Source: the human T2T-CHM13v2.0 reference genome, Homo sapiens
Reading direction: 5' to 3' (one strand)
Length of the DNA: 64,000 nt
Assembly: GCF_009914755.1 (NCBI RefSeq)
Contig: NC_060945.1
Positions 29,677 to 43,459 of the stretch are shown piece after piece. The notes under the pieces were generated by a model. The model ran no database searches. It saw only the letters and a list, made by a program, of their open reading frames with translations, and had not been told where the DNA came from. The first letter of the stretch is position 1. Each line of letters begins with the position of its first letter. Position numbers and translations under genes: made by a program.

Positions 29677-30486
29677 CAGTGGTCTCCCGCCTTTTTGGCA
29701 CCAGGGACTAGTTTCGTGGAAGACAATTTTTCCACGGATGGCAGAGGCTTGTTTCGGGATGAAACTGTTCCACCTCAGACCATCAGGCATTATTAATTAG
29801 ATTCTCGTGAGGGGCGCACAACCCAGATCCCTCACATGTCCAATTCACAATAGGGTTCCCTCTCCTATGAGAATCTAATGCCGCAGCTGATCTGAGAGGA
29901 GGTGGAGCTCAGGCGATACTGCGAGTGACGGGGACTGACTGTAAATACAGATGAAGATTCGCTCACTCGCCTGCCACTCACTGAGGCCCAGTTCCTAATA
30001 GGCCACATGGCCCGTTGTTTGGGGACCCCTGCTATCGACCACTGAAAAATAATGGGTTTACTCTGAGTAAACGGGAAAGCCATTGGAAGTGGCCATGTTA
30101 AATGTTACCCGAGCCCTGTACCCCTGGATATCAGCAATATCAGCAATGATGAAAGAAATCTCTCCATTGTTTCTGTTATTAGAAATGGCTTACTGCATGA
30201 ACCACCCTTCCCCATAATGACTTAGATAAGGCTTGGGGATGACTTCCTTGTTACCTAGGGCGAGGCCAGATGCAGACCTTCCAAATTCCCATTCTTTGTC
30301 TCATACGTGATTAGCTGAACTGTTTGTCCCCATGACCAATCAGAACAAAATGCGAACAATGGAGAGAGGCTATAAATACAGATGAAGCTTCATTTGTTCG
30401 TCCGCCGCTCACCTCCTGCTGTGCTTCCCAGTTCCTAACAGGCCAAGGACCCGTACTGGTTTATGGCCCAGGGGTTGGGACCCCTG
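29677..30486 (-). mobile_element. Composite MER1 (hAT-Charlie): MER1 29677-30031, foreign DNA, second MER1 end 30349-30486
   Basis: Termini cagtggtctccc..tttttggcacca, ggggacccctg (30031) and gggacccctg (30486); 8-bp TSD ttttagga at 29669-29676 and 30487-30494. Confidence 0.9.
30096..30353 (+). mobile_element. ERV1-type LTR 5' fragment (MER67-like, tentative)
   Basis: Starts TGTTA; ccacccttccccata.tgacttagataag, ggccagatgcagaccttccaaattcccattctttg, CCAAT box; family name from memory. Confidence 0.5.
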
Positions 30487-31479
30487 TTTTAGGAGCATGT
30501 GTTAATATAACATGATTTGGGTGGGAGAGAATAGAGTATGGACAACCAGTTGGAAGACAAATGCAGTAATTCTGTATGTGGAGAGAAGACCCAGAACTGG
30601 GATGGTAGAAAGTAGTGGGAGGTTGAATGTGAGAGACAGAATAAAGCTCCAAATGGAGAGAACTTAGTGACTGATTATCCGTGGGTCATCTGGGTTCCAC
30701 ATTTTTTGAACCATATCAGCCATGTTGATTCATGATTACATTTTAAAAGCCTATTTCAAAGTTTCAGAAACGATTTCCAAAATGACTATTTATTAAGAAT
30801 GCTTATGGTGTTAATTTTGTTATTTTTTCATCAGAGATCATATATAATAGTTTCAGGGTTTTTTTTTTTTTTAATATGTGTGTGTGTATGCGTGTGTATG
30901 CAAACATTATTTATTTTGTCAATTTCTTTTTCTCATTTTCTCCAAAATAATTAGACTTGCAAAGACTAGATTTATTTTTACCTCAGCACCACTTTATCAA
31001 TACTCCTTTCTAATTATAGCCTGTCTACCTTAGACATCTGAGGACAAGATTACTGTTTAGTGTCTCTGTAATTGGCCCAAGAAAACACTCCGAGTCCCTG
31101 GAGCATCATTTCTACCAGGAAACCTGGTAGAAATGATTACTCTCTTTCTTCATTCAGTGAGGCATTGAAATCAATAATCACTACACATTTCCTAAATGTC
31201 AGGAGTCTCATCCTAGGATATAAGGGAGAGCTGGATTTTGCTCCAAAGTGGTCTTGTTTTCAATTTCTTTCCACTGCTTGCAATGGTCCATTTTTTACTA
31301 GTTGTCACCCCTGTTGGTAAAGCCCAATACCTTTGCACTCAGCTGCAACAGCATTTCCTACGGACTTCAGCAACCACAATGATTTACGCCTGGTATCCTT
31401 AGGGGCTTCCACTGAGGGAAGCACCTGGAAACAATGCCTCTCAGCAGTTCCTCCTCTCCTCTTTTTTCCCCCTTCTCTT

Positions 31480-31680
31480 CTTTTTAAAGAAATTTATGTA
31501 GAGCCCACCATGACCCAAATATCATACTGAGCCCTTCATATGTTTATTTTAGTTTAATCTGCTTACAACCTTTCAAGGTAGTAATTATGATGTACTCTTT
31601 GCAGAAAAGAAAACTGAATCTCAGAAATATCCATCGGGATTTTGGAGTCTGGCTGACTCAAAAACTCATGCTTTAACTCC
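31480..31680 (-). mobile_element. MIR
   Basis: tttaatctgcttacaacctttcaaggtag...ttgcagaaaagaaaactgaatctcagaaa. Confidence 0.65.
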
Positions 31681-31967
31681 TAAAAACCTCCTCATGTTGG
31701 AGGTTCTTTGTTTTAGCTCATAATTGTCTTCTTTATGAAAAATTTTGATAGTCCCTGCTGGAAAAGCTGGAATATCTGTCTGATCTCTCAGCCCTCTAGA
31801 AGGTCCAGGTTGTCCTGAACACTCTACTTAATGCAAGCACGTGAGCTCCCACTGTTTCATGAAATGGTGATATAATTCTTAAAGGGCACCTTTGTCAACT
31901 AGGCACAGAGTCACACCTAATGGTTGTTTGTTTGTTCTTATTACACAATCCCAAGGGGAGGAGATAG

Positions 31968-31972
<5 letters not shown>

Positions 31973-32006
<34 letters not shown>
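31973..32006. repeat. (TG)17 microsatellite
   Basis: Uninterrupted TG run. Confidence 0.97.
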
Positions 32007-32008
<2 letters not shown>

Positions 32009-33689
32009 TTTCCTGGCTGTTGTTAACTACTAGGTACTTGGGTTTTGGGTAGACATCTGGATCTAGTTTTTTTAATATAAAAATATTGTTAATAATACCT
32101 ACCTCATAGGATCATTGGGCCATTTCATAACAGCTTATTGAAAGTGCTTAGTGTGATATCTGGCATGCACTGAGTAATCAGTAGCAGCTAATAATCTCTC
32201 TTTCCCTTCTCTTTTTCTTTACATCAAATACATTATTTCTTAGGAAATTATAGGAATATATTTGTGTCTCATTGTCCCAAGTTCTGAATGCTGTAATTAT
32301 CTTGATTCCACAGATGCTTTGACGATACCAGAATCTACCCCCTACTGGTGTACATTTTTCATCATTTTATTCATTTTTTTGCAAATTATATTCAGCATGC
32401 ATGATTTTTATGCTGCTTTTTCTATACATGTTGCTGCTATTCACATTGCATCGCCCAGGGAAATGTAATCTGTTGGGATTACACCCACGTTATCCTAGTG
32501 CTATTAAATCACGTAGTTATGCTTTTAGGCAGTTTCATCTAATATGTTCTTTGGAGTTCATTTTGGACTCAGATTTGGAAAGTCTTGTAAGCGTGCTTTA
32601 TTTTTTTACAGAATCTAGAACATTTTGGAGAATTCTTAACTTTTACCACATACATAAACTGAATAACTAAAGTTAGGCAATTCGTTTGGCTTTTGGGAAA
32701 TAATTAGGGTTCATCAGCTATGCTTCCTAGAAGAATCACTGAACCAAAAATATACTCTACCTGATAAATTACAATCTACTTAATAACCTGCAAATTAGCA
32801 AGCATTAGCTCAAAGGATGTAAATAAAATGAGTTCCAAAAATAAGAGGCTTAAACACAAAATGACAGCTCAAAAGATGTATGGTGAAAAGTATACTTTCA
32901 ACTATATTTAGAATAAAAGTTTGCTAAAATATTTCTAAGGCTGATCTTTTAGAAATCTGTATCTCCATATGCCATGACAAAGATCAATATTTATTTATGC
33001 TTTTACAATAAAAAGCAGTATTGTCTTTCTCCTCTAGGGCCTGCAGTAATAAAATATTTTACAGCTCCTTTATATTTTATAACTTTAAATTTTCATTGAT
33101 GCTAGGCAAGGAATAGTGTAGAGATGTAGTCTTCTTTGTGAAGGACTTTTAATCCTTAATTAATCATTTATATAAATCTATTGCAGAGTGGCCTTTGGAG
33201 GATTAATGAGGAAATGTTTCAAAGTATTTTCTCATTAATTCTCAAAATCTTGGATAACAGGCTTTAGACAAAATAAGAACGATTATATTACTATTGTTCA
33301 CAAAAAGAAAGCTAGAGTATCAAGTAATTCCTTAACTAAATTTTATAGAATGAAATATATAAATCACTAAGAATTTAATTATTAAGACTAAGTGCTACCC
33401 AGATCACAAAGTATCTCATGCTGTATTACAGACCATGAGTTAGATTCTTTTCACAACTTTGCAATGAATCATACTGGAAACACTTGGTAGCAGATATAAC
33501 CCCTATTATTCTTTTATGTTGTCAGTATTGTTTAAAATGTCAAGAGTTTATTCTTAACATGATTATTGGAGTAAATAGTATTCAATCTAACTTAAAGCTT
33601 TTTATTTTGTGGCGGTGTCTCAGTTAGTTGAGAATCATGAAATCAAGTGTAAAAGTAGTGTAACTGAACACATAGCACTTTGTACCTTT

Positions 33690-35270
33690 TGTGTATGTGG
33701 GAGACAGAGAGATGAGAAAGTCACCTTCTCCATGCTCCCCAATCGAGTAAGAAAATCAGTCCTGGCAAAATAGCTTGAATACAAGACCAATGAAAAAACA
33801 CGATAAAAGAAGTAGGAAAGAACACTTTTGAATATAGGTGGAATGTGGGGAGATTAATTATGCCTAGGAGGCACTATGGGAAGAGTTTTTGGAGAAAATA
33901 TTTGAAAAAGGTCCTTAGGAATAGATAGCAGTTCTGTAGAGACAGGCTGAAGTAAGGGTATTTCTCCTTGAAATGAATGAGAGCGGAGAGATTAGAAAGT
34001 ACAATTTAGAGAATGGAATTGGTAGGAAAAGAGGAAAGTGGTCTGACTAGTGATTAAATGACTGCATTTGCTTGGTTTGTAGGTAGAAGACAGCAGGCAA
34101 AAGAGGTCACCTATAGCCTCAGCAAGGGTTAATAAGGAAGTGAGGTTGAGGTGACTCAGAAGGTCAATGCAAAAAGCATTTATTGAGCACCTATTGTATG
34201 CTTTTGCTAGGAGATGGAGACAAGAATGTAAAGGAGGTTAGAGTGCAATGTGAATGGTGCTATGATGGAAGTAAGCCTAGGGTACCAAAGAAACCTTCAG
34301 GTGGAGCACCTCATCTGGAATGGGGATGAAAGGAGCAGTCAAAGTAAAATGGAAGAAATCAAAGGAGAAGATGGAATGAAGAGACTTCAAAGGGGAAGCA
34401 ACAGGATTTAGCCACTGCTATAGACTGAATGGTTGTGTTTCATACGTTGAAATCTTAATCACTAATGTAATATTATTAGGAGGTGGGGTCTCTGGGAAGT
34501 AATGAGGTCATGAAGGTGAAGGCCTTATGAATAAGATTAGTGTCTTTGTAAAAAAGACCCTAGAGAGCTCCCTCAATCCTTCCATCACATGAAGACACAT
34601 CAAGACTAAGAAGGCCACCTACAAAGCACGAAGTGGACCCTCACCAGTCACCAAATCTGCCAGCACCTTGATCTTGGACTTCCCAGCCTCCGAATCTATG
34701 AGAAATACATTTCTATTGTTTATAAGTCACCGATTTTTATGGTCCTTTGTCATGGGCCCTCACCAGTCACCAAATTTGCCAGCGCCTTGATCTTGGACTT
34801 CCCAGCCTCTGAATCTATGAGAAATACATTTCTATTGTTTGTACGTCACTCGTTTTATGGTCCTTTGTCATAGCAGCTCGATTAACTAAGACAGCCACTC
34901 AATGGTTGAAAGAGGAGCAGGACAGAGAGGAGTTAAAGATGAGTCTAAACATCCTGGTCTGAGCAGGAGGGTCTAAGCTTGTCAATCCTGTTAATGGAAT
35001 TAGGCAGCATAGAAGAAGGAACAACTTTCAGTAGAAGACAGAGGGCTCAGCTCTGCACATGGGTTTGAAACAATAGCGGGGAAGCTATTAGAAATTTCTA
35101 AAAATGCTGTTGGAATTGGTGGTCTGGAGTTCTTAGGGAAGTCAGGTATAGAGGTATCTATGTTAGAGTGATCAACAGAGAGAAAGAGCTGCCAACTGTG
35201 GTACCCAGGAGAAGCAAAAGAGTAAAGAGGGAGCTGTCAAAGGGGAAGAGTTAGTGAAAGGCATCCAGAA
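33690..35270 (-). mobile_element. L2 fragments (interrupted by MLT1A)
   Basis: aagcatttattgagcacctattgtatg; gaggagttaaagatgagtctaa; ggtctggagttc. Confidence 0.55.
34416..34893 (+). mobile_element. MLT1A-like MaLR solo LTR with internal 119-bp tandem duplication
   Basis: tgctatagactgaatg ... aactaagaca; perfect 5-bp TSD gccac at 34411-34415 and 34894-34898. Confidence 0.9.
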
Positions 35271-38200
35271 GGGACTTGTATTACACTGGCTACCAAATTG
35301 TTCAGGTTCACGAGATACATGGAAGAAACTACTAGATAGCTAGGTATGCATTTAAATGTACCTAAGTATATCTGACCACTTTAAGAGAAAGTATTTTCTT
35401 TCCTATTTTTGTTTTAATTAGTTGTATTTAGAGTTGGCTCCAGGGTTTTACTTATCCTCTTAAAACCTGGTAATTGTAACGTTGATTCATGATTTCTTTG
35501 TTATTGCTGTTTTTTTCCCCTATAGTTAAAACTAGTAGAACAATTAGCAGTCCCGATCTTCCATCTAAAGACATTTTAGGAAAAACGGTAGCTCTTTAAG
35601 GAGCTAGTTTATTAAAAAGAAAGAGGATAATAAGGCCAAGCAATTTTGCAACTGTCTTCTGCTTATTTCCCTGAGATGAAAGATAATAACAACCTCTTCA
35701 CACAGCCCCAGTTCTTTGATTTTTTTTTTAACAAATGCTTAACATCAAACAGGAGATGAAGAAAACCTCAAGCCAACCATCTTAAAGGCCTATTAGCATT
35801 TAACCTCTTAATATTTTGTGGTGAAAAGAGTTTACATATGCAATTGTTACAGTAATAGTTCCCTGAAGCCCCTGGGGGCCTTCATATTATGGTGGGACTA
35901 CAGAGTTTCAGAATACGATTTGTATAATAACCCTAATCAGAAAAATAAATTACTCACGCTTCACTGTATTTCAAACATAGCACTAATTCACCTCTGATGT
36001 AATCAAATATTGAGGTGCTAAACACAAAAAAACCTCAAGTCTATATTATTCAGTGTACCATTTATATCCCTTAAGTATTGACAGGAAAGGTATATTTACC
36101 TTTTATTTGTCAGCATAAAACTTCCTACACTGTCATTAGAAAAATCTTTACCAACTCATTTCATGTTTCTTTGAATCAGAATGATTTCATTTTTCTGCCA
36201 AGGAAATGTTGCCAACTTCAGATGTGCATTAAGAAAAATGGTCTGGCAAGATAGCAAATTCCAATTTCCTATGATCAGAGAATCTTATTACATTCATCCT
36301 CTCTCTTCCTTCCTGTTCACATAGGAAGTTAAAAGATGTTTTTAGGTTTGAATTTGCTTAGCTCTACATTCTCATAAATGGAAGGTAATGTTCTGGGAAC
36401 TGGCCAAACACTAACTACATCTAAGAAATGAAATTCTAAAGCCCAAGTTTATTTCTGGTTGCTATTGAACTTTCCCATTTGTTGTTAAATGTGCAGATTG
36501 CCAAGTAGCATATTGTCTGTGACAACTTTACACAATGGTGGAGATCTGCAGATGGAGTGTCTTTTCACATATGATAAATGCCTAATTTAATGCTGATTTG
36601 TGGCAATCAGGACAATGCTGCAGGCTCTTTCTGCTCAGGGATGTCTTGATAGTAGACCCAGGAGCAGGGCATGAGCTCAGGCCCAACCATGGGTTTATGA
36701 CTACAGCAGTGTTGCCCACTGTCCCTCTTAAAACACTTAAGCTGGAAGGGACCATCATCTGATAAGTGCATAGGTGGAAGTCCAGGAAGGCTAGGTGATA
36801 AGGTGAAGATCTCTGAGGTTAGTAGTGCCCCAGGTTGGGTGCCACTGAACAACACCAATGTAATTTGTTTTGAGAAGCACCCAGGAGCACAACAATCTCA
36901 AGACTAAATTTCTGTGGAAAAGCCTAATCCTGATTTGTTATTACAACCCAGAATAGATCCTGGCACACTGTAAATAATCAATACATGTTTGTAGAATGAA
37001 AATTAATTAAAATGATTTAAAGTACTCTGAACCACTTGTAAGTTTTGCTAGCACTTTCCCTCTTAGTATAGCTTTGCCTTATTTCTCCTGTAATTTATGT
37101 CCAATTTATTTGCCTAATCTGAGTGCTAGATAGCTTCCTATTGGTTCTAAAATGCAGTTGGGTATATATGTAATCATGCTTATTGAAGATTAACTTAACT
37201 GGATTAAAAATGGTATTTTATTTTCATAAAATTTCAATAAAATAAAACAAAATAAAATGGGCTCCAGAGTTTGGAGATACTCAGTTTTTAAAGAATTAAG
37301 AATCAGAGAGGCTGAGTCGCTTGCTCCAGACCACACAGCAGATAAGTGTCTTATTCCATGCAAGGGTCAGATTCATCTAACACATGTATCTGGAACTCTA
37401 TTGGAAATGTTTACATATAAAAATATGGCTTATCCCTTACTGGGTCCCTCATTTTATAGATCAGGAAACCAATGTCTAAAGTGGTTAAGGCATGAGTAGA
37501 AGGTTGACTGGTTAATAGAGGTGAAATTGGCATATGAACAAGATTCTTCAATTCCCTGTCCCTTTCTTCTTCTACTGCACCATGACTCCTTTGGCTAGAG
37601 TGGGAACTCAGTACTCTTACATGTGTTGGAATCATCCCTTGATATAAAAGACTTTTTATATTTACTATCTTTGGCAGTAAAGTGTGCTCCACAATGGTAT
37701 TCAAAATACTATGTAATATTTAATTTGTAAAAAATAAAAGACAATCTTTTACAATTGACACATTTCCATTTTCTCCCAACAACCATCCATTTGTTTGCTT
37801 TTTCTATTCACTATGCTCGGAGGCAGGAATTCAAAAATTAATAAAACATACTCCTTGGCATCATGGGATTCGTAGAACAGAAAGGAGAACAGATGGTTGG
37901 GGTAAAGGTATCTGAGGCAAAGCCTTCACAGATCAGAACAGAGACAAATTAAACAAACAAACAAACAACAGTAACAATAAATAATGACATCAAAAAAAGG
38001 CCATAACAGGCATTTGTTGTCCGTTTAGGAAGAGATGGGACTTTTGGGTGGTTTTACTGTTTGGAAAATGAGTTTTGTGGTTTCATTTCTATCCTCCACA
38101 TTCCATTAATTCCATGGTTCCCTGATGACTACCATATTATTCCTAGGTACCCCTTTTTTGACTTTTAAAAGAGTTTGGCCCATACTTAATGTATTTTTAA

Positions 38201-38279
38201 ACGTTTTAACATTTACTAATATAGAACCTTCTATTGCCTATTTCCTTCTGGTTTATTCCCTTTCCTTCTGTCATTGAAG

Positions 38280-38345
38280 AAATGGTTCTAGTGGTAGAAA
38301 TACTCCACGATTGAGAAGAATGTGGGAAGAAAGGAGGGCTGGTGG
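38280..38345 (+). other. Candidate 66-nt cassette exon (unverified)
   Basis: Polypyrimidine tract plus AAG acceptor, TGG|GTAAGA donor, GAAGAA-type enhancers, open phase-2/2 frame NGSSGRNTPRLRRMWEERRAG. Confidence 0.25.
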
Positions 38346-40924
38346 GTAAGAATTGCTCATGATGTCTCCCTCTGAATTCTGTGCTCTCACAATGACACTC
38401 CAATGTGTGGTTTGACGCCTGGAAGAAGCAGCTCATGATGGGGAAGAATCCAAAGCAATGTAGTTGGAATATCATGCGCAAAGAACTTACAAAGGGAAAA
38501 AGCTTATCAAATTCACAGAACCGAAATGAGGGTCCTTGGGAACAGAGAATTATCTCACATGCATATTCCCTGGCCTAGGTAAATAAGTGCTAGGCAAAAG
38601 TGCATGAGTAATTGAATGAGCCTGGAAAGTTTGTTTCTATTTCTCCACACATGAAATTCTTGTTTATCCTTTAAGTCTTAACTGAACATTGGCCTCCTCC
38701 ATGAAGCATTCTCTATCTACCACGATCTATACAGAGCTCTCTTTTCCTTATTTATTTTTATACTAATAACCAGGGGCTGCAACTTGCTTTACTTTCTTGA
38801 TGTCTAATTACTTTTTCTTTCCAACCAGCCCCCAAGGTCCTTGAAACCAGAAGTCCAGCTTTAACCTTAGTCATTACCTCCTTCAGGCTTTAACATAGTT
38901 CTGTGTTCATGGAATCGTGGCTTGTCTGTTGCTAATACCTGAGGGACTCAATCCAATACTAATTCAACAATGTCATGCTCATCTGGAAGCAGTATTTAAT
39001 ATATTTGGAAGGTAACTTAACCCATTTAGTGGTTTTCAGATATCGGGAAGTAGGAAAATGTATTTGTATATTCTACAAAATATTTCTAGTTATCTAACTT
39101 TCAGCAACCATTTAAATTTACTTTATAAACTCTTGTGGTTCTATGAAACAGTATTAGAACTGATAATAAGTGCAATAGAGGCTGGTGAGTCAAATAAAAA
39201 TAATGGCTTCACATTTGACCTTTAGCAAGTAAAGAATTCTCAAGTATATAGATTTGCAATGGTTTTACTTCATTAAGTCACTCAGCGAGACTGACTATTG
39301 GTTGTTTCAGGAAAGAAAGTCATAACTAACAAGCAGAGAGTTCTTAATATCAGCCTCTGAGGTCCCCTGTTTGCCACAAAGCAAGTGGTGCACATTTTCC
39401 TTCCAAATAGAAAAAATAAAAATGAAATATAAAAGCTTATTAGACCTTCCAAATCAGGATCTTCTGTAGACACACTCAAGACACCCAGGAAGGCATCAGT
39501 GTTATCAGGTATCAGGTTATAAAGAAATCAGACTATAATCCTGTGACATTCTGAATGGGAATGGAAAGACTGGTTTACAATGATAGTTTAAAATTTAAAA
39601 ATATTTATGTGTTTTTTCTCAAAGTCCACTTTCTTTTTTTTCTCATTGCAAGAAAATTAGAACAGACACATTTCAAAATCTCCCAGCACAGAATAGCTAT
39701 ATTCTGCAGTGAATACCAGTGAAACCACAGAATAATTAGAAAGAAAATACCTAAGAGAAAACCAATCAAAGAAAACCCGACAGGCTTCAACAGGTTTCCT
39801 TCAGGCCTGAGATATTGAAGTCCTTTTCCACTCTGACTCTTCCTAAAAAGAAGGGGGGGATGCTTTATGTAATCTATTGATAAGAAAGGAGGTAGACAGA
39901 AATCTTGACTCCCATGTGCTGCTCCATTTTATACAGGGAAACACATTGTCTACTGTTAAATAATTTTTCTTTGTAGTATGGTTCTGTTACCTGCCCATAT
40001 CACTGTTCGATAAGCTGCTATGAGCAAACATATTATATTTAATGGAAGTTGAAAGAACAGGCAGAGGGTTAAGTTTTCCAACATGTATGGTTCACAAAGC
40101 CAGATGCCAAGATATGGTCTAATCTTCTAAATATATACATTTGTCCATTATAAATCCTTTTTCCAGAGTAATTTTTAAAACAAATCTCATTTTACTATCC
40201 TATCGTAAAATGTTTTTGAATTAACCAGAGTCTACTTACCATTTCTCTAAGTATGGTCAAGAGGAAGAACAGGTTGGTTGTATTTTTTTCCATATGAGGA
40301 CTTTCGTCCCTCTACTCCCACCCCCGACTCTTTGTATTATGGACAGGGAAACAGAAAGGAAATTACTAAGTCAGGGAGAGAGTTACTTGATGGCCATGTT
40401 CATCTCTCAGTTTGCCATTTGATGACGTAAAACATAAGAAAACATGAAAGTGGGTGCCAATGTTTCTAACCTAACAGATAAAGTTTGTGGATTTCTGAGC
40501 TACATTGCATTACTAGTAATAACTGAAAACATAGATTATCAGCTATTGTGCTACATGCTTTACTTAAAGTAGTTATTATCTCCACCTTCAAGACGAGACA
40601 ACGGAGATTTAGAAATTAAGTAACTTGACTAGTTAAAACTGACACTAAACCTCTTAATTTTAATCTCTCACTATAGCTACATGCATAAAGTTATGATTAC
40701 TTAATTGCTGGAAGGGAATCTTCAACAGACATCCAGTGTTCACCCACAGAGCTATCCAGAAAAAGTTCCCAAATCACACAGATACTGGTTCACTTGGTGA
40801 CGATGTTGCTCAAAACTGTTCCATAAAAGATTCTAATCCCAAATGAAACATTTCAATATTATTTTCATTATTGGAAAAATCTCCATATTTTAGGTCTCCT
40901 TGAGTAAATGAGAATGAGCTGCAT

Positions 40925-41050
40925 TTTAAAAACTACTTTTTAATGGACACATTGTAATTATGCATATTTATTGAGCAAAAATGTGATAATGTGATGTTTC
41001 AATACATACATATATTGTATAATGATCAAATCAGGGTATTTATTGTGTTG
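40925..41050 (-). mobile_element. L1MA-like 3' end fragment
   Basis: attgtaattatgcatattta...atgtgatgtttcaatacata..tatattgtataatgatcaaatcagggta. Confidence 0.7.
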
Positions 41051-43459
41051 ACCGTGGATTTGCTTTCATGAATGTTCATATGTATGTCAGAGTTTCATGT
41101 CAGGGCAATGGACGTTGTATGGTTAAATAGTCTTCAACTTCTTCTTCTAAGCCTTTGCTAGATGGTTTTTAACTAAATATAGGCATATTAAAAGTTCTCT
41201 TCTCATACCACAACCCTGACCTAGCTGTAGTTGGTTTACAGTGGGACTCAGATGGATGGAATTATTTTTTCTTAACGTAAGAAAAATAAATTCCTTCCTA
41301 GAGATCTGCAAAAAAATCTTGTGATATAGAATTGGTGGGAGTGAAGGAATAGAATTTAGCCCTTGATTAAATACAGCACCTATTTGCCATTTAGAATTTT
41401 AGTGAAAGATATTGTCTTAGAAAACTTGCTTCAAAGGAAACATTAATGAAAAGGTAGAATGAGTGACAAATACTGCCAAAATTTCTATCATAGCATCAAT
41501 GATTACATGAGTTAATGTACTGATGACTGCCTGCTGTAAATGCCCATCACTGTCAGCAACATTTTTCTAACAAGGAGGACTGCTGTGCCATCTCATGTTA
41601 AGCAATAAAACTTAGGAGGTGAATGACCTGCCATAAACCATCAAAAGCATTCAGAGCTGTTCTCCTTTGAATACCTCCAATTATCTAAATTTATAACTGA
41701 TATAAACAGGAAAATCAGAATTAAACGTTTAAATTGCTGCTTCTCCACCATTTGGTCTTCTTTATCTTTCCCATTAGAACCATTGTTAGTCTAGCTGTCT
41801 TAGCTAATTCAGAGGAAACATCAGGGGAAGATCAATGTATGAATCCCTCATGGCCTATTTGATGTCAATCTAGTCCTTTTTATGAAACACTCTTCCTATA
41901 GATTTAGAATGTGTTATTGCCAATGTTTCAGGCTGACCAGCAAAATGCTCAATAAACAAGGCACTTTCCTCCCAAATGACACAAGAGTCAAATGGATGCT
42001 GGATACTTAAAAGAAACAAATCTTTACTTATAACATGAGATTAGCTGAACAGAACTTGAGTTGAAACAGAAAATGCCTGTGAGTTCCAAGGGATCATAAC
42101 TAATATTAATGCATTTTGCTTTCATCCAGAGAAAAAAATATAAAGTCTATGCTCTCTTTTGCCTCACTCCTTTCACCTCTTTTTCAGGCTGACTTTGTTC
42201 TGTTCTTTGCACATATTTTCCAGGAATACCAATATTGGAACAGTTTTGAAGATATAGAACTGGGCTGACACTGCAGTGTGTTCATTGTGTTGGCTACCAC
42301 TGGAAGGCCCACCAGCACACTTCTGTCAGGAAGAAAAGCATTCCAACACACTTATTATAAAGATGGAGGAGAAGGGCATTCACTTGTTTTCTATTGAATG
42401 ACTTCTATTCTATGTACAAGACACTGTAGGGAATTACAACTTCGTACTTAAAAAAAAAGTATCTTGTTGTGTGTACAATAACTTTAAGGGTAAGTTCAAA
42501 AGACCCCAAACACTTGCTTTTTTGGCTTTTCTTTTCCTACTTACAATGGATCCTTTCAACTCTGTTGCCTGGCTTATTATATCCTTTCTTATCACCAGGT
42601 TAATAGAACTCTAGGCAAATTTGACAGCCAAATATCGGAGTGCATCCGTAAACATAAATCCTGGTAGGTGCTCATAGACTCAGAAACAAAGGAGAAGAAC
42701 TGTGAGTTATGAGAGAAATGGCAACTAAGCCTTTTTCAAAGAGAAATGTACATATCCACACATAGGTAGCTGGAACAATTAGGGGAAGAAAAAACATCAG
42801 TGAAAGTTAAAGAGAGACACCTTATTAGATTTATTTGGGGGGATGATTAAGGCATAGCTCATTAAAATTCCTTTAGTCTTTCTTCTCATTTACTTTATTC
42901 ACCATAGGCATGTCAACTTATACTAATTGTATGGTGGTTTTATAAGTATCGAGGAAGATTATCTGACTAGCTGAAACTACTTTCATTCTAAATCAGACAA
43001 CTTTGAAGGTTACATTAACTCTTTCATGACACTGAATGAGCTAGAGTGTTATGAGTTTTCAGACTACAAAGTCATTGCCTACACTGCACATTTTTGTTGC
43101 ATCCCAAAAATTTTAGGCATTTTAAAATTTAATTCACATGAAATAAGTGTCACTTACTTCTTTGGAAGAATATGGGGGTACAGAAGTTCTAACCTAACAA
43201 TCCAGGTCAAGTCAATAAATCTGACTCCCATATTCCACTTCAATCTGAGTTATTTAGAGGAAACATTGAGCTCTTCTGAGGGACTCATCACAGCCTTTGC
43301 TTCCATTAAGTAGTCACCTGGTGATGTCAGACATGGGTAGATCAAGATATTGAGCAATCATGTTAGCACACCTCTATCTACCATTGCAAGGGTATCAGAA
43401 CTGTGCTAGACTACTGATAACAACATACATAACCACCAGGTGTCTTGTACACATTTCAG

